DNA of 64,000 nt, taken from Octopus sinensis (lineage: Eukaryota). The position numbers and the translations under genes are program-made. The stretch lies in assembly GCF_006345805.1 (NCBI RefSeq), contig NC_043007.1:15624001-15688000 (forward strand). Reading direction: 5' to 3'. How positions within the stretch are numbered: the stretch's first letter is position 1; each line of letters begins with the position of its first letter. Positions 38,803 through 51,376 of the stretch are shown piece by piece. Below the pieces are notes generated by a model. That model made no database searches. It was not told where the DNA came from and saw only the letters and a program-made list of their open reading frames with translations.

Positions 38803-39366
38803 TGTCTATTTATGTATGAATGATACAACAGCTACATATTGTGCAGGGCAAACAAGAATGAACAGCTCGAAACAACATTCCACTCACATTTGTTTACTCT
38901 GTGTCGGGGTGGGGGCGGGGACTGTGTGTGTGGGGGGGTGTATGTGGGGGTGCGTATATGTGTGTGTGTGTGTTTTGTATTTGCACAGAGAAGACAACAA
39001 ATGAAGGAATTTTATTTACTTATATACGTAAGAGTTTATTTCTTACTTTTCCAAAATGTACTAAGTACACCTGTCCGGTTTAAGTAATAGGTAATTATTA
39101 TTGAATGTAATACAAAGCAGCAGCTGTAAGTTTTATAAAACAACAGCTTGTACGAAGGAAGAAGATGCACGAACAAGATCGTAGAAATGAATTGTACAAG
39201 CGTTGATGTATCAATTTGCGTTAAGTAATTCATGTAAAGATAATGTGTTATACAAATATGCATCAATGTTAGTTTGCCATAGAACAGTACATACAAAAGG
39301 AGGAAAATAAACATTTTTGCATAAGCTATCAGGAATATTTTTGGGTACGTACTCACCTAAGTTTCA

Positions 39367-39783
39367 TATTTCTTTATTGCCCACAATGGGCTAAACATAG
39401 GGGGGACAAACAAGGACAGACGAAGGGATTAAGTCGATTACATCGACCCCAGTACGTAACCGGTGTTTAATTTATCGACCCCGAAAGGATGAAAGGCAAA
39501 GTCGACCTCGGTGGAATTTGAACTCAGCACGTAGCGGCAGACGAAATACTTATTTCTTTACTACCAACAAGGGGCCAAACACAGAGAGGACAAACAAGGA
39601 CAGACAAACGTATTAAGTCGATTATATCGAGCCCAGTGCGTAACAGGTACTTATTTAATCGACCCCGAAAGGAAGAAAGGCAAAGTCGACCTCGGCGGAA
39701 TTTGAACTCAGAACGTAGCAGCGGACAAAATACTGCTAAGCATTTCGCCCGGCGTGCTAACGTTTCTGCCAGCTCGCCGCCTT
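39367..39783 (-). mobile_element. Family-B SINE, two-unit form, with 18-bp TSD
   Basis: TSD GTACTCACCTAAGTTTCA at 39349-39366 and 39786-39803. Confidence 0.92.
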
Positions 39784-41555
39784 AGGTACTCACCTAAGTT
39801 TCAGAGTAAGGAAAGCCTTCGATCGAAAAGGATATAACGCTAATCTAAAGATGTCTTACTGTAAGTGCAATGGCTTGTAACAGTCACCTAAGCTGCAAAT
39901 TGTTTTATAATTGTATATTGTGCGGAAGCACATATTAGTAGTCATGATAACTGCGTAATTCGCCCAAGGAGTCGAAGAACGTTTGTGTATTAGTCGAATT
40001 AGGTTGTAGTACACTGGTTGATAAATGATTTTCATAGCAATGGGCTGGAGTAATGTTTGATGAAATGTAAAGGATCTGTAGCTTATTTTTGATAAAAGGA
40101 GCTATCGTATAAAATTATCAAAAGCCACGTTACTCTATAAAATCGTGATTAACTGCAGCCATTCTCTTGTGAAATTGAAGCGGGGATCAACAGATCCTTA
40201 TATCCTTCTTTTAGAATAGACCCTTGTCTTGCTAATCCATCTCAAAACTGAATAATTTAATTTCCTTTGCTTAGGAATATATTTGTCGACGTAGATTCAA
40301 ATATTAAAGCGGGTATATTAATGGAAGATACCATAATTTTTTCCTTAAAGAAGAAGAAGAAAACAAGAAGCAAGGAAGCATTAATAACTTAAAGGAAGAC
40401 CCGATAACACCAAGGGTTACTATAGTCAACATGTAGGCACATCAGTATTGGTATTCAATAAAATAACCCGCTAAACCTCAAATCAAATATGTAGTCGAGA
40501 ATTTTAACATAAGCAATTACTAGACATTATATATTTGTATGTGTTTGTGAATGTGTGCACATTTGTATATATATTTATATTCATTATATTTTCATTTACA
40601 TGTTTTCACTAAGCTCGTTTCGTCGTTTCGACCCCAGCTAATCCTCAGTTGCACGATTAAGGCGAAAAGATTGGAATGCAAGCTATTAAATATAAAACAA
40701 ATTATGAAAACCTACACTCGTGTTCTGTATTGAGTTTTACACATGAAAGTAGCCCACTTCCATTGAACGAATTTCAGCGAAGTAAATACATTAACATATT
40801 CATGTGACTGTATGTATACATGTATATATAATATATATATATTAATATATATATATATATATACATGTGTGTGTGTGTGTGTGGTGTGTGTGGTGTGTTG
40901 TGTGTGTGTGTGTGTGCGTGTAAAGCCGTTATTGTTTATTAGCATAGAAATTCCTTGGTAGAGTATTATATACTTCAAAATGAACAGAAATAGCTGCTCT
41001 GGTAATTTTTCCATTTTAATAATTAGATGTTTATAAATCGATTTATAAACATCTAATTATCAAAGTGGAGAAATTATCAGAAAGCCATTTCTATTACTTT
41101 TTTCCATATATATGTATATATATATATATACGCGAGAAAGAAGCAACAAGAATGGATAGGTTTTTAGTACAATCGTTTCATACAAGGACAGGCTTTATTT
41201 ATGTATGAAGACGATGTACTAAAAAACCTATCCATTCTTGTTGCTCTTCTCGCTTATAATCACCCCACATTACTGTATTGTTAAAACAGTATAGTTTTTT
41301 TGGTGCATCTAAGTTAGGTACCATATTCAAGTAAATTCATTTAAATTAACTTGAATCTTTATTGCTTTTTGTATATATATATATATGTATGAATGTATGT
41401 ATGTATGTATGTAGTATGTATGTATGTATGTATGTATGTATGTATGTATGTGTATGCATGTATGTAGTGTCGTATACGTATGTATATACGTATGTATGTA
41501 TGTGTGTGTATGTATGTATGTATATAAATACTCACATACATGCATATATATATAT

Positions 41556-41605
<50 letters not shown>

Positions 41606-41789
41606 AGATAAGAAAATGGAGAAATACATCTAAATCCAAATATCAATTACCAGATAATACTCAATCACATACTTTTTAAACCACCACATAAGAGACTGTA
41701 GGGTTAAACATAAAAAAACAGAACAAATCAGTGTACATAAAAGAATGGGCCTGTGTGTGTGTAATATATATATATATATATATATATAG

Positions 41790-41995
41790 TTATCCAACAT
41801 GAAAACACAAAGAGAAAACACACAACAACGCGAGGACGTGGAACAAATATAGTATTATTGGACGCTCAGGAAGGAAGGGAAGAAAGGAGGTTTAACGTTT
41901 CGAGCGGAGCTCTTCTTCAAGAAACATAGGAAAAGGAAAGATCCAGAGAAGGGAAGCCGGAGGAAAAAACGCCAACGGTACACACTCGGTCACGT
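41790..41995 (-). mobile_element. Family-D element with HHR-like motif (41891-41924)
   Basis: Minus strand GTTTC-TTGAAGA-A-GAGC-TCC-GCTC-GAAA-CGT-T-AAAC; flanked by (TA)n. Confidence 0.6.
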
Positions 41996-42017
41996 GTTTG
42001 TGCGTATATATATATAT

Positions 42018-42057
<40 letters not shown>

Positions 42058-42125
42058 GTGTGTACATATATGTATGTATGCATGGATTTATGTGTATTTG
42101 TTCCTCTATTATATATATATATATA

Positions 42126-42660
42126 CAGGGGTCCCCAAAAAATGTATACACATTGAACAGGAAGAGTTTTGAACAGCTTTGAACAAGACTTTGAACAGCA
42201 AGAGTTTTTATTTTCCAGCAAGATGGGGCACCTCCACACTATACCATCGCGATGTTAGATCCTTTCTTGATGGGATCTTGCCAAACAGGTGGATTGGACG
42301 GAGAGGTTTTGTCGAATACCCTCCACGTTCACCAGACGTCACACCAATAGACTTCTTTTTATGGGGATACCTAAAGGACAAAGTCTACGCACAGAAACCT
42401 GCAACAGTCGTTCAATTGAGGGCAACCATTGAACTTGAATGTACGAATATCCCAAGGGAATTGTTCCATGATGTGTGCTATTCCATCGCTTCGCGTTGTC
42501 AGCAGTGTCTGGAGCAGAACGGACATCAGTTTGAGAACATGCGATAACAAGACAATAGAATGATATTTGTAAATTCTTTTACATGTTGAAAATTATTCGA
42601 ATTATAATAAACCCCAAATTTACAATTATTTAAGGTGTGTATACATTTTTTTGGGACACC

Positions 42661-42663
<3 letters not shown>
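42126..42663 (+). mobile_element. Internally deleted Tc1/mariner element (DD41D-like) with both TIRs
   Basis: TIRs CAGGGGTCCCCAAAAAATGTATACACA / TGTGTATACATTTTTTTGGGACACCCTG within (TA)n. Peptide FQQDGAPPH/YHRDVRSFLD..RWIGRRG..YPPRSPDVTPIDFFLWGYLK has 41 residues between the aspartates after fixing one frameshift. Confidence 0.9.
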
Positions 42664-42700
<37 letters not shown>

Positions 42701-42899
42701 GTCATAGTAACTACCAAATCCTGAGAGCTTACCCACAAATTGACAAATACCCAACTTATAGCATTGTTATGGTACTAATAATGAAATGATGAAATCAATG
42801 ATAGAAATTAAACTGAATTTAACTTTATCGTTTTTGAAGAGCCTCTATATTTAATTGAACAATCGGGATCGAACGTATCTGAAACATTGTTTTATGTAC

Positions 42900-44185
42900 C
42901 TTTCAGAAATACATTTGGCGCCTATATGATCGATTTGAACGGAAATGAATTAAATCATTATTATGAATGTGACGGGTTCTTTTACTTTGACCAGAAAATG
43001 TAAGTTTGTCGCAATGATGTTATGTGACGTGTGGGCTCGATATCTGTAGAGGATCCATAGCTCTGAGGTCGAGGCTACATTGACATAAGGAATTGATATG
43101 TGTATCGTTTGGACAATATTGCTGGAATGTTTTCCACTTTGTTCAAATTATGTAGCGCTTATGAACAGAAGGAAGAAGAATGAGCTTTTTTAGAGCTGAT
43201 CCTAATAATTAAAGCCTGTCATGTTATCTATATTTTTGTGATCAACTTCTAGGATGCTTCAGTTCTCATAATGTTTTGTCTGCGTACAGAGACCATAGTG
43301 GGCAGCAATATTCATTCTGCTTGACAAACGTAGAGAAACAATGATTAATGATATGAATATCTCTGGCCTGGAATGTTCTAAGAACCCATAAGCAGAGTAT
43401 GCGGACCGTATCAACATTATTGTTGGGTGGGGAGGTCGCTCCAGTATTGGTTGTTGTCCGCAGTTACATCTAAGTATCTAACGACACCAATAACTCGTAT
43501 GTCGGAAGAAAATATGATTAAGTATATATTTTTTTTTCCTAAGTGAATGAGCTCACATTTATTTATCGTGCTTCTGCATGTTATTTGTTTGTTTGTTGAT
43601 TCTCTGTTTGCCCATTGACTCAGTGTATAAATTGGAGTGAAGTTCTGTTCGGAAACATAATCTCTTGATGGCTGTCTGAAACTCTATGTCATCAAAATAG
43701 ACATCAATTTATTATACGTAATACTATTCAATATCATGATGGCGTTTACAATGTCATTTATGTAAATAGTAAACAGAACAGGGCGTAACACATTATTCCG
43801 TGAGACAACACCAGTGAATTTTGTTGGTCATCTGTAAATTCCATCGATCACAACATGCTGGGTTCCTTCTGTTAGGAAACACTTAAATCTACTAAAATAG
43901 CTAACCATGGACTCCAATGCTGGATAAGTTCGTAAGCGGCATTGTGCGGCTGATTCCCATCGAAAGTTTTGGTGAAGTGAAGAGAAATAACACGTCAATC
44001 GTAACCTTCTCTCAGAGCTTTTACAATGATATCAAAGTGTTCAATGAGCTGCGTTACTCAGTCTCTGCCAACACAGCACCCGCACTGGTTGGGCCCAAGG
44101 AGTTGAGTTTTCTTCAAGATGGCAGTTAGTTTTGTTCTGATATCACCACCTTCTTCAATACATTAATGTGAGGCGTCCTCGGACA
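42900..44185 (-). pseudogene. CR1/L2-group LINE reverse transcriptase relic
   Basis: Ordered degenerate RT motifs on the minus strand: FTKTFD (DFxKAFD), FL..TQHVVIDG, GVV..NVLRPVLFTIYIND, YFDD, RYLDV. Confidence 0.8.
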
Positions 44186-44269
44186 GTAATTCATACGATC
44201 AACTTATTTCTCTTTATATATATACACGTACATACATATATATACACACGTATATATACGTGCATAAAT

Positions 44270-44316
<47 letters not shown>

Positions 44317-44677
44317 GTACATGCAAACATGCATGCATGCATACATACGTACGTGCTTACGTACGTCAATACATACATACACACATACATATATATATAT
44401 ATATACAGACATACAAACATGCATACATACGTACGTGCTTACGTACGTAAATACATACATACACACAGATACATACACGCATACATACATGCATACATAC
44501 ATGCATACATACATACATACATACATACATGCATACATACATACATACATACATACATGCAAAGATACATACATACATACATACATACATACAGACAGAC
44601 AGACATACAGACATACATACATACATACATACATACATACATACATACATACATACATACGTACGTACGTACGTACA

Positions 44678-45315
44678 CACGAAAAGTTATCAAAAGGTTC
44701 CCGGGCTAGTAATATTTGATAAGAGTTAACTTATTTACGTAAGTCCTATCATCGTCTCCTTCGAAATAATTAACTTGCGCAGCAGTACACGAGTTCCAGC
44801 GTTGAAGCCGCTTTTAGAATCTGGCCTGGAAGTTCTATTCCGTATTTTCTGTGATTCTCTCTGGATCTCAACAACGGTGTTAAAACGGTGACCTTTGAGC
44901 TGCCTTTTCATCTGGGAGAAAACATGAAAGTCCGCTGGTTCTAAATCTGGCGTATAGAGCGGGTGCTGAAGCGATACTATGATCTTTTGGGCCAGAAACT
45001 CACGAGTGAGGAGTGCTCACAGAAAAATTTAATTCTTCGCACTCCAATATAATAGTAAAACTTTCAATTGACGACGTAACACTGGGGGAAAATTCTCGAT
45101 GCACAATACCACATTTCCGGGAGTGACGCTCATGGCTAGTCTATCAGATCACTCATCGTCTTCCATGCCGTTTTTTCGCTTTTGAAATGACCGTACCACT
45201 CGAAACATGACGTACCACCCGTTACCTCGTCACCCTAAGCTTGCCGAAGCATGCTCAGTGTCTCTGTAGAAGACTTCCTAAGTTCAGCGCAAAAGGCTAC
45301 GTTGGTTCTTTGTTC
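44678..45315 (-). pseudogene. Internally deleted mariner transposase relic
   Basis: N-terminal EQRTNVAFCAELRKSSTETLSMLRQA*GDE..CFEWYGHFK; C-terminal QHPLYTPDLEPADFHVFSQMKRQLKGHRF and RWNSCTAAQVNYFEGD. Confidence 0.85.
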
Positions 45316-45319
45316 CTAT

Positions 45320-45503
45320 TACTCTTTACACTATTACTCTTTTACTTGTTTCAGTCACTTGACTGTGGCCATGCTAGGGCACTGCCCTCAGTCGAATAGA
45401 TCGACCCCAGGACTTATTCTTTGTAAGCTTAGTACTTATTCTATCGATCTCTTTTGTCGAACCGGTAGGTTAAGGGGGCGTAAATACAGACACACAAACA
45501 TAT

Positions 45504-45542
<39 letters not shown>

Positions 45543-45667
45543 CGACGGGCTTTATTGGGGCCGGGGCTATAGGAGAAGACACTTGCCCAAGGTGCCACGC
45601 AGTGGGACTGAACCCGGAACCATGTGGTTCGTTAGCAAGCTACTTACCACACAGCCACTCCTACGCC
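45320..45667 (-). mobile_element. Family-C SINE with internal deletions
   Basis: Antisense tail, internal TA repeat and head. Confidence 0.85.
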
Positions 45668-46021
45668 TATATATATATATGTATATATATATACATGCAT
45701 ATATAGCTACAGGGCTCACCAACGGTGCACAAAACATAAAATACGTAAACAACGAGGTAAGAATAGAAAACAGGACAAGTTAACACAGAAAAAGAACCCT
45801 TCATCAGTTGTTGCCTGTCTATCTAATCCTCATTTTGAGCATTCAACGACAATATGAGTCTTCGAAGACAGTTGCTTCCATATATATGCATACGTGTGCA
45901 CGGTGAATAAATTGTCGTCTAAATTATGCAAAAATGGAAATAATACTGACATTTCATTTAACAGGTATATTTGTCAAAATTGTATAAAAATACTGAAGTG
46001 TACATTGTATATATATATATA

Positions 46022-46389
46022 TCTCTATATATAAACGGCAGTTTGTCTGTGCGTGTTTCTGTGTGTCTGTTTGCTTGTACCCTCACCCTGACCACGGCTT
46101 TCAACCGATTCTGATGAAACTTGACACACACATAGCCCAATGTCATAATTCAAAACTAACGCAGCGAAAATTTTGAAAAGTTCCCCCAGTTCTGAAAAAA
46201 ATCGATAAAATCGACATGGGGTCGAGAATCAGAAACATACCACAGACTGTCTAGGGGACGCAACTCAACCTTTTTTAACTCAAAAAAAATTTACCATCAT
46301 TTTTTTGCTATTTTTTGGCTATAACTCTCTAAAAATGCTTTATAGTTATTTCCCTTACAAACCTGAGCAACGCCGGGCGATACTGCTAG
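46022..46389 (+). mobile_element. Non-autonomous Helitron-like element (different body, shared 3' end)
   Basis: TCTCTATATATAAACGGCAG...; 3' CCTGAGCAACGCCGGGCGATACTGCTAG|T. Confidence 0.82.
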
Positions 46390-46477
46390 TATATATATAT
46401 ATATCTACATACATTCATCTATCTATATATATACGTATATATATATATACATACATATATATGTATATATATATATA

Positions 46478-46745
46478 CTCTTTTACTCTTTACTCTTTTA
46501 CTTGTTTCAGTCATTTGACTGCGGCCATGCTGGAGCACCGCCTTTAGTCGAGCAAATCGACCCCGGGACTTATTCTTTGTAAGCCCAGTACTTATTCTAT
46601 CGGTCTCTTTTTTGCCGAACCGCTAAGTGACAGGGACGTAAACAGACCAGCATCGGTTGTCACACAAACACACACACATATATATATACATGCATATATA
46701 CGACAGGCTTCTTTCAGTTTCCGCCTACCAAATCCACTCACAAGG
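46478..46745 (-). mobile_element. Family-C SINE, 5'-truncated
   Basis: (TACTCTTT)3 tail followed by the antisense body. Confidence 0.88.
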
Positions 46746-46929
46746 CATATATATAGAGAGAGGGGGGGAGAGAATAACAGAGAGAAAGATTCATATATTA
46801 ACACACATAATTGCAGTTATATGCGCATTAATGCACCGACATACAAACACGCAAACACACATACACATTCGAATAGCAATGCAGATGCAATATAGGTTTA
46901 AAGCTAGCATGTATTTTTTTTTTTTTTTT

Positions 46930-47147
46930 TGTACTTGTTTCAGTCATTTTGACTGCGGCCATGCTGGAGCACCGCCTTTAGAGTGGTGAAAGAGTACAGC
47001 AGGGATCACCACCTCCTGCCGGAGCCTCGTGGAGCTTTTAGGTGTTTTTTTCGCTCAATAAACACACACAACGCCCGGTCTGGGAATCGAAACCGCGATC
47101 CTCCGACCGCAAGTCCGCTGCCCTAACCACTAGGCCATTGCGCCTCC

Positions 47148-47148
<1 letters not shown>
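46930..47148 (-). mobile_element. Chimera of family-A head/body and family-C tail
   Basis: Family-C tail 46930-46980 directly abuts family-A sequence 46983-47148 in the same orientation. Confidence 0.75.
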
Positions 47149-47179
<31 letters not shown>

Positions 47180-47188
<9 letters not shown>

Positions 47189-47462
47189 AATCCAAAAGGG
47201 AAACAAAAAACAACAACAACAGAACAATTACAGTATTATATTAATAGGCGCTCAGGGATGGAAGCAGGGAGGTATGACGTTTCGAGCGGAGCTCTTCGTC
47301 GGAAACATAAAGAAGGAGAGAGAGGAAAGAAAGATCCCAGAGCGGGCAACAGGGAAAGAGAAAAAAGACGACTGGTATTTACGAGTTGCACATGGTGAAG
47401 GCGGATGTTGACGATAACAAGAGCAAAGTGGGTTTTTAAAGGCAAAAGAGTGGAGACAAGGT
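47180..47462 (-). mobile_element. Family-D element with HHR-like motif (47272-47306, U4C variant)
   Basis: Minus strand GTTT-CCGACGA-A-GAGC-TCC-GCTC-GAAA-CGT-C-ATAC; long (TA)n on both sides. Confidence 0.62.
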
Positions 47463-47494
<32 letters not shown>

Positions 47495-47587
47495 ATATAT
47501 ATATATATATGATATATATATATATATATATTATATATATTATATATATATATATATATAATATATATAAATAAATATGTATATATT

Positions 47588-47637
<50 letters not shown>

Positions 47638-48137
47638 ATGTACTGCGCTGAATGCACTGAGTGTACCTAACAAACTGTAGATTGAAGCAGGAAAACAGAA
47701 GACATATTTCTGAGATACGTCAGCGCACGCGCAGTACTCTCACGCTCACACATTCACTCTCATACTTAGCAACTCTGAATCACACACACAAACACAATCA
47801 CGCGCACACACACACACACACACACAACACATGCTAAGAGACACACTGAAACACATTCACGCAAATACACAGCTGCATGTACAAACATACGCAAACGCAC
47901 ATACGCATGCATTTACTTAAGTAGACATACACACACGCACATATATAAGCACGGTCTTTCTCTATTTCTTTCCCTTTCCTTCTCTCTCTTTGTCTTTCTC
48001 TTTCTCTGTTTCCCTCTCTCTTCTCCCCTCGCTTTCTCTGTCTTTCTCTCCCTATCGTTGGTTTTCCTTCTATCCCCTTCTATATAACTACCTACGTCCC
48101 TATTTCTCTATTTACTTATATGCGTATTTGTACATGC

Positions 48138-48385
48138 GGATGCGCGTGGCCTAGTGGTTGGAGTTGTTGCACTCATGAGCGTAAGATTGTGGTTTCGATT
48201 CCTGGACCAGGCAATGCGTTGTGTTCTTGAGCAAAACACATTATTTCAAATCACTTCAATCCACCTATCTGGCAAAAGTAAGTAACCTTACGGAATACTG
48301 GCATTCCGGCCGGATTAGGGAGTATATACACCACAGAATCCGGGAAACTGGCTCTATGATTCTATGGCTCCGGAGGACCGTTGAT
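48138..48385 (+). mobile_element. Old SINE: tRNA head, CORE-like body, type-3-like tail
   Basis: GCGTGGCCTAGTGGTT...GGTTTCGATTCC...GTTCTTGAGCAAAACAC; tail resembles 7635-7731. Confidence 0.6.
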
Positions 48386-48409
48386 CGTTTTTTCTTTGTT
48401 TGTTTTCGT

Positions 48410-48826
48410 ACTCTTTTACTATTATACTTGTTTCAGGCATTTGACTGCGGCCATGCTGGAGCACAGCCTTTAGTCGAGCAAATCTACCCCAGGACTTATT
48501 CTTTGTAAGCCTACTACTTAGTCTATCGGTCTCTTTTACCGAAACGCTAAGTTACAGGGACGTGAACACACCAGCATCGGTTGTAAAGCGATGTTGAGGG
48601 GACAAACACAGACACACAAAAGTATATACACACATACATATATGTATATATATACATATATACGACGGGCTCCTTTCAGTTTCCGTCTACCAAATCCACT
48701 TACAAGGCTTTGGTCGGCTCGCGGCCATAGTAAAAGTCACTTGCCCAAGGTGCCACGCAGTGGTACTGAACCCGGAACCATGTGATTCGTAAGCAAGCTA
48801 TTTACCACACAGCCACTCCTACGCCT
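48410..48826 (-). mobile_element. Family-C SINE, full length
   Basis: Complete antisense copy. Confidence 0.92.
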
Positions 48827-49207
48827 ATTACTATAAATATCTTTTCATACCAAGTTACAGGTAAATTTTTCACGGTATAAATGACTGAATTTATGACAGT
48901 TGTGAGCATTGCATAATGGATTAAAGCCGGGAAATGAAATAGAAAATATAATTACTCATTATCATCAAACAACAATCTCTTTCACCAAGATGCACACCAC
49001 GAATTGTTGTCCCTCATCCAGAACATCCCAACTAAATGATTCTCCAAGTCCCCAGAAGAAACTATCTCTCGTCCAGAATATACTCTTCAGAGGATGACTC
49101 GATAATCTTAATCTGCAGTGATTATTAGCCCTTTTCGCTCCATATTCATGTTACACCGCTCCCACACATGCACAAAAATAAACATGCACGTATATGCATA
49201 TATGATG

Positions 49208-49353
<146 letters not shown>

Positions 49354-49799
49354 TGTATATATATGTATATCTAAATATATATATATAGAGAGAGAGATAA
49401 TGGTGTCAGTAAGACTCAAAGGTGTCAGGTAATGCTAAGTGCTATGGATAGACGATAGTTAAGCTCAAGGTTCGGTGATTATGCAAATAAGGAGTCCAGT
49501 ATAGGTCATATATCAGCGAGTGTAATATATACAAGGATTGATGTAATCGAATTATCCTCTTCATTAAAGTTGCTGGCCTTGTGCCAAAATTAGAAAGACT
49601 AAAGAGTTGGCGAGAGAATATATTAGTTAATATTTCCATTGTTATTCGAATGTTTACTTTATCTTAATTATAAACAGAATGTGGTCGTTTTCTGGCAAAT
49701 ACCGGGTTGCTCTAATCAATTGCTCACTTCGTCAGAAATGCAAGCTTTGATGCTGATAACCCGAATCAATGCTTTTGGAACATAGAGGCAGTAAATTTA

Positions 49800-50700
49800 G
49801 AGGTAGTCTACACCATCCAACAGTGTCGTGGGGCACTGGACGAACGGATCGGTTAAATTATTCTGGCATAGTTTGGTAAGATCTCCAGGTGGAGAACCGA
49901 GATGAGGTAACGAGCAGATCTATTTTACACACGGATGAAAGCTATCCTTGAATATCAGCCAGGCGTGATCGTCCTCACAGTGTAACCAAGGTGCCTTATC
50001 CTAGTTCATGTCTGATCAGACTGGCGTGTTTGGTCTTCTGCTTTTTATATAAAGCACGGGTTCCACTGACCAGGTGCATAATTTAATATCAACACTCATT
50101 GTGTGAACGAGTGGACATGCCGTGCCTGATGATGCACACACATGCGTTTAGACTGTAACATCTCTAACGATCCCTCGACTATGCACACGTACGGTTACTG
50201 TTTTACAGATATGCGTTTCTATAGCTAGTCCCTTTCACAAAGCTGCGGTGCTGGAGCAAGCACAGACTGATACGAGGTACCTGCCTACCACACTACCCTT
50301 CTACTAGTCGGGGTAATACTGTAGGCAGGAATTCCACGTCAGCGTTCTATAGAAGAGTAATGTCGGGCAAAACGACGAAAATCTCGTGGAAGCTCTGTGC
50401 ATCTATAAAAATCAATTGGCTGGACTTTTCCTGAAGACGTTTGGGAAGAGACTCGTAGAATTTTTAGAAATCCTTGTTCTGGCAATGCTACAGAGGGACA
50501 TTACTGGTTCGAGGTTATACACTACAAGCTAACAAGTGCCGCAAGCCAGGCCTGCTCGAGATGTGCGTGGAACGCCGAAACCATTCTAGATGTGTTCGTC
50601 CTGTACACGAGTTTTGCTTATTTGTGATTTATGTTGACGGAGGCAACTTTCAGTTGACACCATTGTAAAAATCATAGGCCTCCTTCCTTTGGCCAGGAAT
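49800..50700 (+). pseudogene. Tx1/L1-clade LINE ORF2 relic (post-RT region and zinc knuckle)
   Basis: Fragments LVFCFLYKARVPLTR..DMPCLMMHTHAFRL*HL, KSLFWQCYRGTLLVR and ACSRCAWNAETILDVF (CxxC..ET..H-like). Confidence 0.65.
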
Positions 50701-51171
50701 GGAAAGCAGTTCTTTTGTGGGCTGGTGGTTTTAGGAAAAGTGGTAGTGTGGTGGACATGATTGCAAGGGCTGAAGGCAGAGGATTTCCTCTTTGTCTAAT
50801 ATGTACCAAACTTTAAAAAAAGTACTGCATGGCTCATTACAAGGATGGAAATGAATAAATTACAAGAGATCAGCCAATTTCTTGGACTCTCTTTTCCTCT
50901 ATGAGCATCACATTGTGACCTTTTTCGAGAAAATTCTATATCTTGATAGCATAGGGCACAAGATAGAGTAAAAAGAAGTTCTGAGGGGAGGAACTCATCT
51001 TTTTGATGTCCTTTATGCTTCAGTCCTTCCGTTTCAGTTAAAACCTTATAAGAAAGAAATGAATTTCACAAATAGTTATTGTACACGTTTAAAGATATCA
51101 GAACCTATGTCTTTAAGTCATGTGGGCAAACTCTATTACTACAGCTACTACCACTACTGCTACTGCTGCTG

Positions 51172-51376
51172 TTGTTGTTGTTGTTAAGCAACAAGACGGG
51201 TAAGGGTGATTAGGTGATGGTCTAGGTCTTAGGGGCAGGAGAACCCAGACCTTGGAAAAATATAACCTTGGTCGTATTGTTGTAGTCGGGGGCTCTTCGT
51301 TGAGGCCCGAGACCACTGGGAGGTGGTCCTCGAAGTCGCTTGAAATGGAGATCTCCTGGTCCAAATTCTTGAACGG
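51172..51376 (-). mobile_element. 5'-truncated retroposon 3' end with (CAA)n tail and 15-bp TSD
   Basis: CTGCTACTGCTGCTG at 51157-51171 and 51377-51391; (TTG)n at the left end. Confidence 0.7.

Noticed and set aside
40605-40652. HHR candidate (minus strand CTGAGGA...GAAACG)
   Set aside because: No consistent stem I or stem III, and no UH triplet at the right position.
45705-45880. HHR candidate (minus strand CAACTGATGAAGGG) in a TA-flanked insert
   Set aside because: No downstream GAAA or stem III found. It may be a PLE-type fragment but cannot be called a ribozyme.
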